A DNA stretch of 43,152 bases, taken from contig NC_068990.1 in the NCBI RefSeq assembly GCF_001194135.2, positions 34,574,740-34,617,891 on the forward strand, in the 5' to 3' direction. How positions within the stretch are numbered: the first letter of the stretch is position 1; each line of letters begins with the position of its first letter. Below, piece by piece: positions 24,480-35,384 of the stretch. The stretch comes from Octopus bimaculoides. Lineage: Eukaryota. The notes beneath the pieces were generated by a model. It worked only from the letters and a program-made list of their open reading frames with translations, made no database searches and was not told where the DNA came from. The translations under genes were made by a program, and so were the position numbers.

Positions 24480-25229
24480 ACTTAATCATATCAAATAAAA
24501 ATGGAAATTAATAAAAATTTTCACTTCCAGTGGCCTATGAAAATTCAGTCCAAAGACTATGAATTACTCATAAGGTACAGTGTGTTTATATATTTTAATC
24601 TTAGGTGTACCTGCTGAAAACAACTTCACCTAGCAAATTATCTTATTTGCTAAACTAAAGTCAGAAATCAATTTGGTCCAGGAGAAGAGATGGTAAAAGT
24701 GTTTAATTTTTCATTTCGTTCCTTTCGGGATTTTATCCCTATTTTTGTGTTTCTAGAACCTATCTGTTATTTCTAGCGTAAGGAATCCCATGAGTGGATT
24801 CCGCATAAGTGTTTAAATATATATATATGATTCACCATGCTAGACCGCTAGCCACTACACATTCTTTATTTTCTCCCCTTGTTTCTTACTGTGTAATAGA
24901 GGAATTTTTCTGTAATATAATATGTGCCGTAATAAAACTTATTTTCCCCTTATTTTTAAATTAAATTAAATTAAAGGCCAATACTAATACCAAATCCATC
25001 TTCTCTTTCTTTAATTAATTATTATCTCAACTAGCACTGCGATATTCCTAAAGTAGTTCCAACGGAAATATTCCCCAAATGCAGATGATACCAGTGCTTT
25101 ACTCAACACATCAACACACTAATTGATATATACCCTTTAATCCAAAATATTACACACACACACACACACACATGCACATATATCCTGTTCCTTGCAGTAA
25201 TGTGTTGCTGTGCGGTAAACCCCACATCT

Positions 25230-25345
25230 GCTCTTACCAAATGGACCACTGATCAAAGGCTTCTAACTGTGAGCGTTAGAATTTTTCTTGAAGACATTTC
25301 ATTTGTGGAAGATTTAGTTGCTATTTCTAGCAAGTCTTATCATCG
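25230..25345 (-). mobile_element. Repeat family E fragment
   Basis: gatttagttgctatttctagcaagtc and actgatcaaaggcttctaactgtg are reverse complements of family E motifs. Confidence 0.55.
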
Positions 25346-26204
25346 TGTAGAAGTTCCTTCGTCTGAATGTAAATGGTGAACATTTACTACTAGATTGGAT
25401 GAACTATGGTTGGCTAAGTCTCTTACACACTATTATATCTTTCGGTCAACTTGGCCAAATGTAACAGGCGCTAATATCTTCAAGAAATTCATACACATCA
25501 CACAGCATCAATTGCTACCATATATTCTAGGGGTCGGTCAGGATTCATATCGAAATACAGACGTTAGAACCAACTTTATGACAGCTGACGGTGATATAGA
25601 ATCTGTCAGTTGTATTCAATGGCGGAGTGTTTGGAGAATTACACTTCAGGCCACACTAATGACTAATCGTGCTCTGAGTTTAGACGTTCAGACTTAACAT
25701 CTCTGATTTACTAAATGAATTTTTATGAATACACACAGACACTCGTAAATACACACACACACACAAGCACACACATAGACACACAATCACAAGCACACAA
25801 ACACAAGCACATAAACACACATACGTACACATACGCACATACACATGCAGACATATGCACACACATATGTATGCAGGCCAGAGATATATTTCCTCTAGTG
25901 TTACAGTAGTGAGGATACACCAGCACCACAATTAAATAGTCATTAAGTAGGGAATTCATTATCATGTGGATACGTTATCATAGTCACTGCTTCTCCAGTG
26001 ACTGTTCGTGTGTGTGTGTGTGTGTGTCTATGTGTGATGTTTACACATAGCTAATTCAAATTCTAATTTCTCCACTAAATCGCCCATATAAGAGAGTCAT
26101 CCCTCATTAAAACCTGTTGTTATGGAAATTTCATCATAGAGAATTAATTTCCATTGTAGAATACATTATTTACTACGTGACAGAGTAAGAGAATGATTAA
26201 ATGT

Positions 26205-26345
26205 CTTCCGATATTTAGTTCCATCCGTCTACATCCCGCGTTCAAATCCCAAGCGTACTGTACTGACGTTGTCCTACGTCCCCGTGACGATAAACCAAAA
26301 ACCCGTCTTATACTGAGTTGACATTTTCCAGTATGCCCACCCACT
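26205..26345 (+). mobile_element. SINE family B, highly degenerate
   Basis: ccgtctacatcccgcgttcaaatccc...gacgttgtcct...gataaacc...tatactgagttgac is colinear with family B. Confidence 0.45.
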
Positions 26346-26464
26346 TCTTCCATAAAACTGACAAAATCTGAACTGTCCTCTGTTCTGTAGTTGTCTGAAT
26401 TGATTAAGTGTTGACCTGTGATATATCGATCTGTAACACTGTGAACAGTGTCATAATATGACTT

Positions 26465-26634
26465 GCGGTGTTTCTTCCGGCACTTCTCAATTTAAGTTCA
26501 AATCCTGCAGGGGTGAACTTTGACTTCCCGAATCGTTAAATCATATTAAAATTAATTATGAGGGACGTTGTAATCGACTAAACCACCCCAGCCCTGCCAA
26601 AGTGTGGTCCTGTGACTAACTTACAAACAATATT
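26465..26634 (+). mobile_element. SINE family B, 5'-truncated, degenerate
   Basis: gcggtgtttcttccgg...aagttcaaatcctgcaggggtgaactttgac...tgtaatcgact...acaaacaatatt. Confidence 0.7.
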
Positions 26635-26850
26635 GATTTCTAATTTTGGCACAAGGCCAGCAATTTTGAGGACGGGGGCCTAAGTCTATTACATCTAACT
26701 CAGTGTTCAACTGGTACTTATTTTATAGACTTCAAAAAGATGAAAGGCAAAGTGGACCTCGGCGGAATTTGAACTCAGAACGTAAAGACAGACGAAATAC
26801 CGCTAAGCATTTTGTCTAGCGTGATAATGATTCTACCAGCTAGCCGCCTT
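26629..26850 (-). mobile_element. SINE family B, full-length
   Basis: The reverse complement reads aaggcggctagctggtagaatc...ctgagttcaaattccgccgagg...ggccttgtgccaaaattagaaatcaatatt. Confidence 0.92.
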
Positions 26851-26886
26851 CAACTTAGAAACAATATTGACAACGACTGATAACTT

Positions 26887-26926
26887 GTCCACATTGAAAA
26901 CAAGTCCACATTGAAGACAAGTCCAC
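26887..26926. repeat. 17-bp tandem repeat, about 2.3 copies
   Basis: gtccacattgaaaacaa gtccacattgaagacaa gtccac. Confidence 0.9.
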
Positions 26927-27874
26927 CTCGGCATAAGCTTCCATATGGACCCAGGCATGGCTAAATCTTTAAGAAGCTCAATTTGCTGCTTGTGCCAAAA
27001 TTTGAAACCGTCATCATAATTATTATTATTAATTTTTGGTATGCAAGCCGGCGGGGCTCGCCCAGAGCACTCTAAATGTTTCACAGTGAACGTCCGATCG
27101 CACGGTGTAATTTTTTAAGTTAAATTTCTTTGTTGTATCTTCGTGTTGCTGCAAGCCACATAGCTATGAATAGACGGAACGTGGAAACTAGAAGATCGCC
27201 GGATATTATGTACGTTTAATTCAAACGCACAGTCTTCTTTCACTGTGTTACGCTAATTCAGTCTGAGAAATCTGTTAAGAGTACAGGTATCTGCCGAATA
27301 CTCCAACAATTTTCACACTAATTCAATGAATGATGGTTCCCTTGATGGAAAAACTGAACACTCATACTTTGAAATAACGGGAGGCCCTATCATACGAGTC
27401 TATGTTTAAGTGTAAATGTCGTACAAATTTCGGTGACATACTAAATCATAAGCGAATGTCAGGTCTTCCGGTGTTCTGTCGGACATACAATGCCACGTCG
27501 TAGAACGCATTACACTCAAGCGTGGTCAGTGCAAGCGGAAATCATGTGTACGGAAGCAAGTAAAGTGAAATGATTCACCCGGAAATCAGGCCAACGAGAA
27601 GTCTTTACGTGGTCATGCTACACGTTAGAAATAGCGGTCACGTTTCCTATAAATCTCATTCTACAATGGTTAAAATATGGCATCTAAGATTACACTGAAT
27701 AATTTAGAATTAGATGGACGATGATTGAATAGGAAACACGGGATAATTACAGTTGGTTCCGCTTTGGTGCTAGGTTTGTCGAAGCCAACCTTAGGTTGTG
27801 CGGTGGCAACAAAGATCTAACTAGTCGATAGTTTACGTTTGTGTGTTTAAGCACATGCATATACCTACACATGT

Positions 27875-28272
27875 GAAGGTGCATGGCTTAGTGGTTAGGG
27901 CATTCGGGTCATGATGACAATGTCGTGAGTTCATTTCTCGGTGACGCGTTGTGTAAGACACTTTATTTTCACATTGCTCCAGTCCACCCAGCTGGCAAAA
28001 ATGAGTATTACCTGTATTTCAAAGGGCCAACTTTGTAACACTCTGTGTCACGTTGAATCACCTTGCCAACTAAATGTGGCGGGATAAGTTTTCATCACTA
28101 GCTGTTGATTATTACACACTAAAGACGGGTAACTACCCAGAAATCCGGGTCTGTATGTCTCATGTAAGGCTAGAGATGGGAGCAATGACCTCCCTTCGCC
28201 AATACGAATCGGAACAGACATTGTGCCGTTAGCCAGCTGGAAGAGAAGTCTTCGTGGGGCTAAAAACAACAG
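27875..28272 (+). mobile_element. SINE family D head with a family-C-like middle segment
   Basis: A box tggcttagtggttaggg. ttgctccagtccacccagctggcaaaaatgagta is shared with 36941-36973, and cctgtatttcaaaggg is shared 15/16 with ~41983. Ends ggggctaaaaacaac. Confidence 0.8.
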
Positions 28273-28519
28273 TAATATCGTCCTCTATGGGACAACCACA
28301 TTTAGTTGGCAAATATATTTTACGATCGTTTACCTCTAGCTCAGAGATTTAATATAGCCTATATATATATACCTACATATACACTCACACAGATATACAC
28401 ACACACACATACACACATGCGCCTCCACACATACACTCATACATACGTACATACATACACGTATACACAAACACGTATATACGAAAGCACAGCACGTGCA
28501 TAATTGTACACAGCATATA

Positions 28520-28737
28520 CGAGGGGGTGCTGAAAAGTTCTTGACTTTTAAGGTGTCGCGAAAGGCCTAGTTAGAGACCCAGCCGTCCTAGTTCTTTTAC
28601 GGGGCTTAGACAAGACTGAAGGACCGCTGCAATAAGCATGACAATGTGAGAGGCGAATATGTTAAATAAAAGCATAATTAACTGATCCACCAGCATTTTC
28701 ATTTACCCAAAGCCAGGAACTTTTCAGCGCCCAAACG
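28520..28737 (+). mobile_element. Mariner-derived MITE (218 bp) with TA target-site duplication
   Basis: TA at 28518-19 and 28738-39. TIRs cgagggggtgctgaaaagttcttgacttt and the reverse complement cgtttgggcgctgaaaagttcctggcttt match 23/29. Internal 28613-28669 encodes RLKDRCNKHDNVRGEYVK*, a mariner C-terminus. Confidence 0.9.
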
Positions 28738-29331
28738 TACGGAAATACTTCTACACACACACACACACACTGTTTTCTCTGTCTTCACATATATATATAT
28801 ATGTATTGTGTGTGTGTCGGTGTGTGTGTAGACAAACACACTCATGCATATAGACAGGCACGCACATGGGAACAAAAGAAATTTCCACAGGCATCCACTG
28901 TTCCACGTTAACCTGTTAGGAATCTACTCTTTGTTCTGCACGTCAGGCAGGGCCAACTCATAGTTGTGCATCAATTCATCAACTATGTGGCTTCAGGCTA
29001 TTGGCTCGTTGCTGACGGCGCGTTGTCACGTGGTGTCAGCAAAGTGTTATGAAGCCAACAATAATCGTTTCAGCAACGACAAGACGGTCTCCAGAGAATC
29101 TTGGCTGGCGGTGCTTATCAAAGTAGCAGAGCTGAACCAATTCTTATTTTTCTGTTTTAATGTCTTTCTTAAGAATTTTCCGTCAATATCTAGGGATGTT
29201 GAATCTAGTTGAACTCCCTTCTCTAGTTCCTGCAGCATCCCACGCTATTACAATATGATAAACAGAGTACCTGCCCCTCCATTCTCTTCCACCACCTCCT
29301 CCTCGTCCTCTTCGTCGTTCTCCCCCTCTGC

Positions 29332-29373
29332 CTCCCCTGCCCTGCCCTCCCCTGCCCTGCCCTCCCCTGCCCT
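29332..29373 (-). repeat. 15-bp GC-rich tandem repeat with a G-quadruplex motif on the minus strand, cut by a gap
   Basis: ctcccctgccctgcc about 2.8 times before the Ns at 29374. The minus strand carries runs of GGG/GGGG separated by 1-2 nt. Confidence 0.9.
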
Positions 29374-30439
29374 NNNNNNNNNNACTAATTCACATCGTCG
29401 TCGTTGTCATCATCATCATCATCATCGTCATCATTTTGTCATTCCTTTCTATCGGTATGTGTACACAGACAGGTATATATATATATATATATACATACAC
29501 ACATACGTACACCAGCATCACCAACAAAAGGAAATAAAAAGGAAACCTACCCAGACAATCCAAGTTCACTGCAGAAACAAACAGTTAAAAAACCCAAGAA
29601 AAATAAATGGTATAGGTAACATATACGAGAAGTACGGTGATAGGAAGGAAAATTACCAAATTCAAATCGGTAATTCTAGTAAAATTACCAGCACAGCTTT
29701 ACACAGAAAACACAAAAGGCAGAGTAATAGACCAAGAGAGGCATTGAAAATTAAAAGAATGGTTTGGAACCAACATAGACCCATTGGGAGTGGAGGTAGA
29801 GTTCGACGACCTACTGCCTGTTGTAGATTATGTAGATTTGGAGCCATACATGAACTCGTAAAGCTAGAGCAAGCTTTTAAAATTTTGTTAAAATAGACTA
29901 CTTATACGATACTAAAAAGAAAAAAGTAGAGAGAAAAAAAGAAAAATAATTGATATAAAAACTTTTTATTGAAACACTTAAATGGTACTGCTTGAGAGTG
30001 GGGTTCAAGCAGCCATTACATCCTCATTAATTATCATTCATCTCTCATTCATTCGTTATATATTTTTGTCCCCCACTGTGGTGTTCTGTCTGTCATTGTG
30101 CCGTCCCCCTCTGTATTATGGCCTATGTGCCAAATAAAGAAATACAGTCAATGTGGTACGCTGTTCGGGCTAGTCACGCAGACGACGAAGTTACGTCATC
30201 ATAATGCGGGACATACCAGTAAATTTAATCCTTCTCTTCAAACACATCAGATTTATGATAAACATTACTTTATTTCAGATTGCTCGATATGAAGTTAATA
30301 TTCCCCATGGACTTGTCACTTTTCTGTTAAAGGTAATTTCTCTCAACACGAAAGGCATGTTTTCCTGACTTCTCTATCTAATAAAGCAAGTGTGAGTTTC
30401 CTTTACTGACTCACTACTACAAGGTATTACGTCAGTATA

Positions 30440-30745
30440 ACAGGATATTACCACAGAATAGTTTCACAGTGTGTTACCACAGGGTGCTAAGACAGGATAC
30501 TAACATGGGATACTACCACAGACTATTACCGTTGGGTATTATCATTAGGGTATTATAGCAATGTGCTATAAAGGGTGATATGACAGGGTACTATGTCTGT
30601 GTATTTCCTCAGAGAATTACAATTTGGTGTTATCACAAAGTGCTGTTACAGGATTCTATAACATGGTGCTAAGACAGGGTACCATCAAAGGGCACTGACA
30701 TAACGTACTTTTATAGACTACACCTACAGGATGCTATGACAGTAC
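30440..30745. repeat. Degenerate ~13-bp minisatellite, about 23 units
   Basis: Units such as acaggatattacc, acagggtgctaag, acaggatactaac, acagggtactatg, acagggtaccatc and acaggatgctatg. Approximate consensus ACAGGGTRCTATS. Confidence 0.85.
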
Positions 30746-30759
30746 AAAAAGTAGTCAGC

Positions 30760-30972
30760 GAGGGAGGCACTGCATAGTCGCTCGACTTATTAGAAAAAGC
30801 AGTCAAATATCGTTCAAATCGTTCCCAACCGTCATGGAAAAAAAAATACAGATACGTTGGTTAATGTGGAACTGGGATCGCTGTACACAGAAAAATGGAG
30901 ATATGTTATATCTGGAATGTCTTTCGTTATAGGTTCGTTCAATCAGCTATGACTTGGGGTTAAACAACAACC
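30760..30972 (+). mobile_element. Repeat family E copy ending in (CAA)n
   Basis: ttagaaaaagcagtcaaat...ctggaatgtctttcgttataggttc...tgacttggggttaaacaacaac. Confidence 0.7.
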
Positions 30973-31071
30973 TACAATGAAACATAACTATCCTAAATAA
31001 AAGACCGTCTTGATATATGTATATATGTGTTATGTGTGTGTATGTATGTGCGTGTGTATGTATGTGGGTAC

Positions 31072-31087
<16 letters not shown>

Positions 31088-31102
<15 letters not shown>

Positions 31103-31124
31103 GGAGAGAGAGAGAGAGAGAGAC

Positions 31125-31212
<88 letters not shown>
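31088..31212. repeat. Long (GA)n microsatellite
   Basis: About 125 bp of nearly pure GA dinucleotide. Confidence 0.98.
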
Positions 31213-31215
<3 letters not shown>

Positions 31216-31515
31216 GAAAGAAAGAGAATGAAAGAGAGAATCAAAAACTAAGAGCCACAGGCCCCGTCATTGTACTTTCTATCTCCCCTAAACATCTAAA
31301 CATATGTTTAACAGTCCAGAATAGTAGTAAAACGTCATTGGTTTACTACCAATCTCCCACTCTCACTCAGACCAGACAAATATACGCACTGCAGCAGCAG
31401 TAGCAACAACAACCGCACCAGCAACAATAACAGCAACAGCAGCAGTAACCTAATTAGTCTTTAATGTGATGTAACACACCACAAGAGACAGGCAGGGTAC
31501 AACAACAACAAGCAG

Positions 31516-31595
<80 letters not shown>

Positions 31596-31635
31596 TAAAC
31601 ACACAAATACACATATGTATATATATATATATATT

Positions 31636-31672
<37 letters not shown>

Positions 31673-31704
31673 CTCTGCATGATAGATTTGGGCCGATATG
31701 AAAA

Positions 31705-31885
31705 CCTATATGTGGTCTCTCGGCCTGTTAGAAATAGAAATAATACTCAAATCTCCCTCAAAGATCGACATGATTTAGGAAATAAGAGCATTGACTAATG
31801 TAGTTCTAGAAACACTACACGTAAAGACAAGATAGTAACAGCTGGAATGCCTTCTCGATCACAAGTCACTTGGTGCTAAACGATA
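31705..31885 (+). mobile_element. Repeat family E copy
   Basis: gtggtctctcggcctgttagaaatag...caaatctccctcaaa...aatgtagttctaga...gctggaatgcctt...gctaaac. Confidence 0.7.
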
Positions 31886-32513
31886 ACCCCAACCTTCAAT
31901 GATAAGAGAGAAACCTTACAACAGTTCCACCATTTTGAAATTTCTAAACGGATAAAGAATAACCATAAGAAGTATTGTTTCGGTTATTATTTCTGGTTTA
32001 TGATATTGCGAGATGTGATAATACAGAAAAGGCTCTTTTATTTTGCTTGTTTATACATCAAATATAGCTGTGTATCGTAAGGGCTAGAATAATAACAGTT
32101 TTGATCGTGTTTGCACAAGCTGTGTACTGTGTAAGTTGTTTCTGGCAAGAATTATGTATTTTGGGAATATTTTATGTGAATATTTTATTTTATTATCGTC
32201 AACCATCTAGTGTAGTAAGAACATTTATTCTGGGTCAATGACATTTTACTGTGAACTGTTGTGTTCGAAATATACTCGTGGTTTAGATATTTTAAAGTTC
32301 AGTGTTCTATCAACTCCGTCAACCCTTGGCAATTCACTTTATTCTTTTATCGATTATTGATTTCAAGACATTCATGCATGGTTATAAATTTTAGGTAAGC
32401 CGTATAGCCGCTTTAATTGACCTCACTACTTACTTTGTCTATTGATTCCATGAAGTGGTGGTTGGAAATATTTCTACTTAAAATATCGACAGAAATATAA
32501 ACGGAAATACTAC

Positions 32514-32605
32514 AGGTGCAGTGTGGCAGTATAGTTAAGAAATTTGGTTCAGCGCCACATCGTTCCAGGTTCGATTCCAGACACTGGTACCATATGCAAG
32601 TGGAG
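32514..32605 (+). mobile_element. SINE family A head, degenerate
   Basis: caggtgcagtgtggcagtatagttaag...ccacatcgttccaggttcgattccag (B box)...gcaagtg. Confidence 0.6.
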
Positions 32606-32723
32606 AGTGCATAGAATAATTTATATATTAAATTATGGCGTGGAATGCAAGACAGAGAGGAGGTTGTAGATAAATAAATCAGGAAAAATTAAAGTAATGG
32701 CGTAATCAGAGATTTAAAAAGGA

Positions 32724-32760
<37 letters not shown>

Positions 32761-33959
32761 AAAGAGAGAGGTGCAGTGTGAGATGTTCAAAAGTCTAGGG
32801 TGCGGGCTGAACGAAACGGAAGGAAGCGAAGGATTAAAGAAAGAAGGTAGAAAGTGCTAGTACCTGGAGCAAAGCAAAAGGAAGAGGTGGCGCTAAGGTA
32901 GGAGAAGGAGTAAACTGTAAGTAACAGCAACAACAACACAACAATCATCTGCACCAAAACTACCTCTTCTTTTACTATTAACAGCTGCAGCACCAACAAC
33001 ACCCGTTAGTATCACCACCGGTACTGTAACCGCAACTTTCGTCACTACAATCAAAACCACCGTTACCTATCACCAGCACCGCCACCATCAACAACAACAA
33101 TAACAGCAACATCGAACATTTATATCTTAGAAAGTTTTCTTTCTCATTCTCCCTCTCCCCCCTCTCTCTCTCTCTCTCTCACGACCTCTGTATAGTTACT
33201 CGCTATTCCCTCTCTTTCACAATCGCCACTCTTTCAATCTCTCCCTGTCAACTTAACACATGACGTAAAAATTTCTGTGATATTATTTCTACCAATTCTT
33301 ATCGGAAACATGTTGTTTGGAAATATAGAACAAAACATATCATTAAAAGAATAAAACAAAACACACTCACACACAAAACAACAACAACAACAACAACAAC
33401 AACAAAAAACAAACCAAAACAAAACAAAACAAAAAAAAACAAGTAAAATGTGACGTGCAAAGCTGGATAAACAAATTGAGGGCAAAAAATCTGAATCACG
33501 AATCTGTGATACCAACAAGTCTAGAATGTATTAAATAGAAGTCTTTGTTTATTTGTGTTCGCGCCAGGTTGACTGTAAACCATCTCCTTGTGAAATACTT
33601 CACTATCAAAAAATATCGCTCACCTCCCTTTCGTTTACTTATTTTTTCTTTAAATCTTTGTCTTTGGTTTCGTTAGTGAATAGTTAGATATACAAGAGAG
33701 TTCATACTCTCAAATAATACATACTTTGTCAAATGAAAACTGATGTTAGGATTGTGTAAAAGACTCTTAAATCAAGAAAGCTAGGAAATATGACGGCGTA
33801 TATTCCATCGAGGTTATTTACTCTATTAAAAATTCTTTGAATATCTTAAGAGAACACTAACAAAATGTATGTATGCATGTGTGTGCGTATATATGTATAT
33901 ATGTATGGATGTATGTATATATGTATGTACGTATGTATGTATGTATGTATGTATGTATG

Positions 33960-34010
<51 letters not shown>

Positions 34011-35093
34011 NNNNNNNNNNNNNNNNNNNNNNNNNNNNNNNNNNNNNNNNNNNNNNNNNNNNNNNNNNNNNNNNNNNNNNNNNNNNNATATACTCAGCTT
34101 TTAGATTGAAAATTGCAGTTTTTATATTGAATCCGGAAGAAGTGATAGATAGCCATCTGTTTAAATATTATAACTTGTAGGTAGTTATTTAGCATAGCAT
34201 CCGTGTGATTAGATGTATATACATGCAAAATCTATGTTTGTATTCTATCAAAGGCGAAATACAGAATATATTAGTTTTTAATAAACCAAAGCTGAAAATA
34301 TATATCTATATATATCTATACATACATACATACATACATAGATACATACATACATGCATACATGCTTACATACTTACGTTCATGCATATACATACACATG
34401 CACAAACGCGTACACTCACACACAAATATACACATGTTTGTGCATAACTTGCTAATAGCGGTTTAGATAGATTGTAACAGATTCAGTAGGCAAGATAAAG
34501 CTATTGTCAATATGAAACGGTTTCAGTTTCGTTGTCAAGGAGTGTTATTTGGAACACAGGGAAATGTTGTGGAGCAGAAGTGAACGCAGCATTTCTTCTA
34601 GAAGTGTTGAATGGTTCTATATGCATTTCTGTGAAAGTACTTATGTATGTATGTATGTATGTATGTATGTATGTATGTATGTATGTATGTATATATATAT
34701 ATANNNNNNNNNNNNNNNNNNNNNNNNNNNNNNNNNNNNNNNNNNNNNNNNNNNNNNNNNNNNNNNNNNNNNNNNNNNNNNNNNNNNNNNNNNNNNNNNN
34801 NNNNNNNNNNNNNNNNNNNNNNNNNNNNNNNNNNNNNNNNNNNNNNNNNNNNNNNNNNNNNNNNNNNNNNNNNNNNNNNNNNNNNNNNNNNNNNNNNNNN
34901 NNNNNNNNNNNNNNNNNNNNNNNNNNNNNNNNNNNNNNNNNNNNNNNNNNNNNNNNNNNNNNNNNNNNNNNNNNNNNNNNNNNNNNNNNNNNNNNNNNNN
35001 NNNNNNNNNNNNNNNNNNNNNNNNNNNNNNNNNNNATATATATATTTATCATATATGTATTTATGTGTGTATGTGTGTGCGAACGTGTGTGTA

Positions 35094-35135
<42 letters not shown>

Positions 35136-35343
35136 TGTGTACGAGTGTGTAAAATTCGAAATCTGATACAACTGCGCTTAGGTTGTGTCAACAGAAATTT
35201 ATCCATAAATTGATTGACTGTGAGGAGTGAAAGAATCTAAATGTCTCGGACACTAGCTCTTCATAGGAGAGAGGATATCAGAAAGTCGCCCGTGTAGGTT
35301 GTGAAACATCATATATATGTGTTTTTGTGCGTGTGTGTATGTA

Positions 35344-35384
<41 letters not shown>

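Noticed and set aside
29047-29238. 63-aa minus-strand ORF (MLQELEKG...)
   Set aside because: Short and unrecognised, so it is within chance expectation.
32787-33115. Thr/Ser/Gln-rich mucin-like stretch
   Set aside because: It is degenerate (ACC/AAC/AGC)n low-complexity DNA with stops and no consistent frame.
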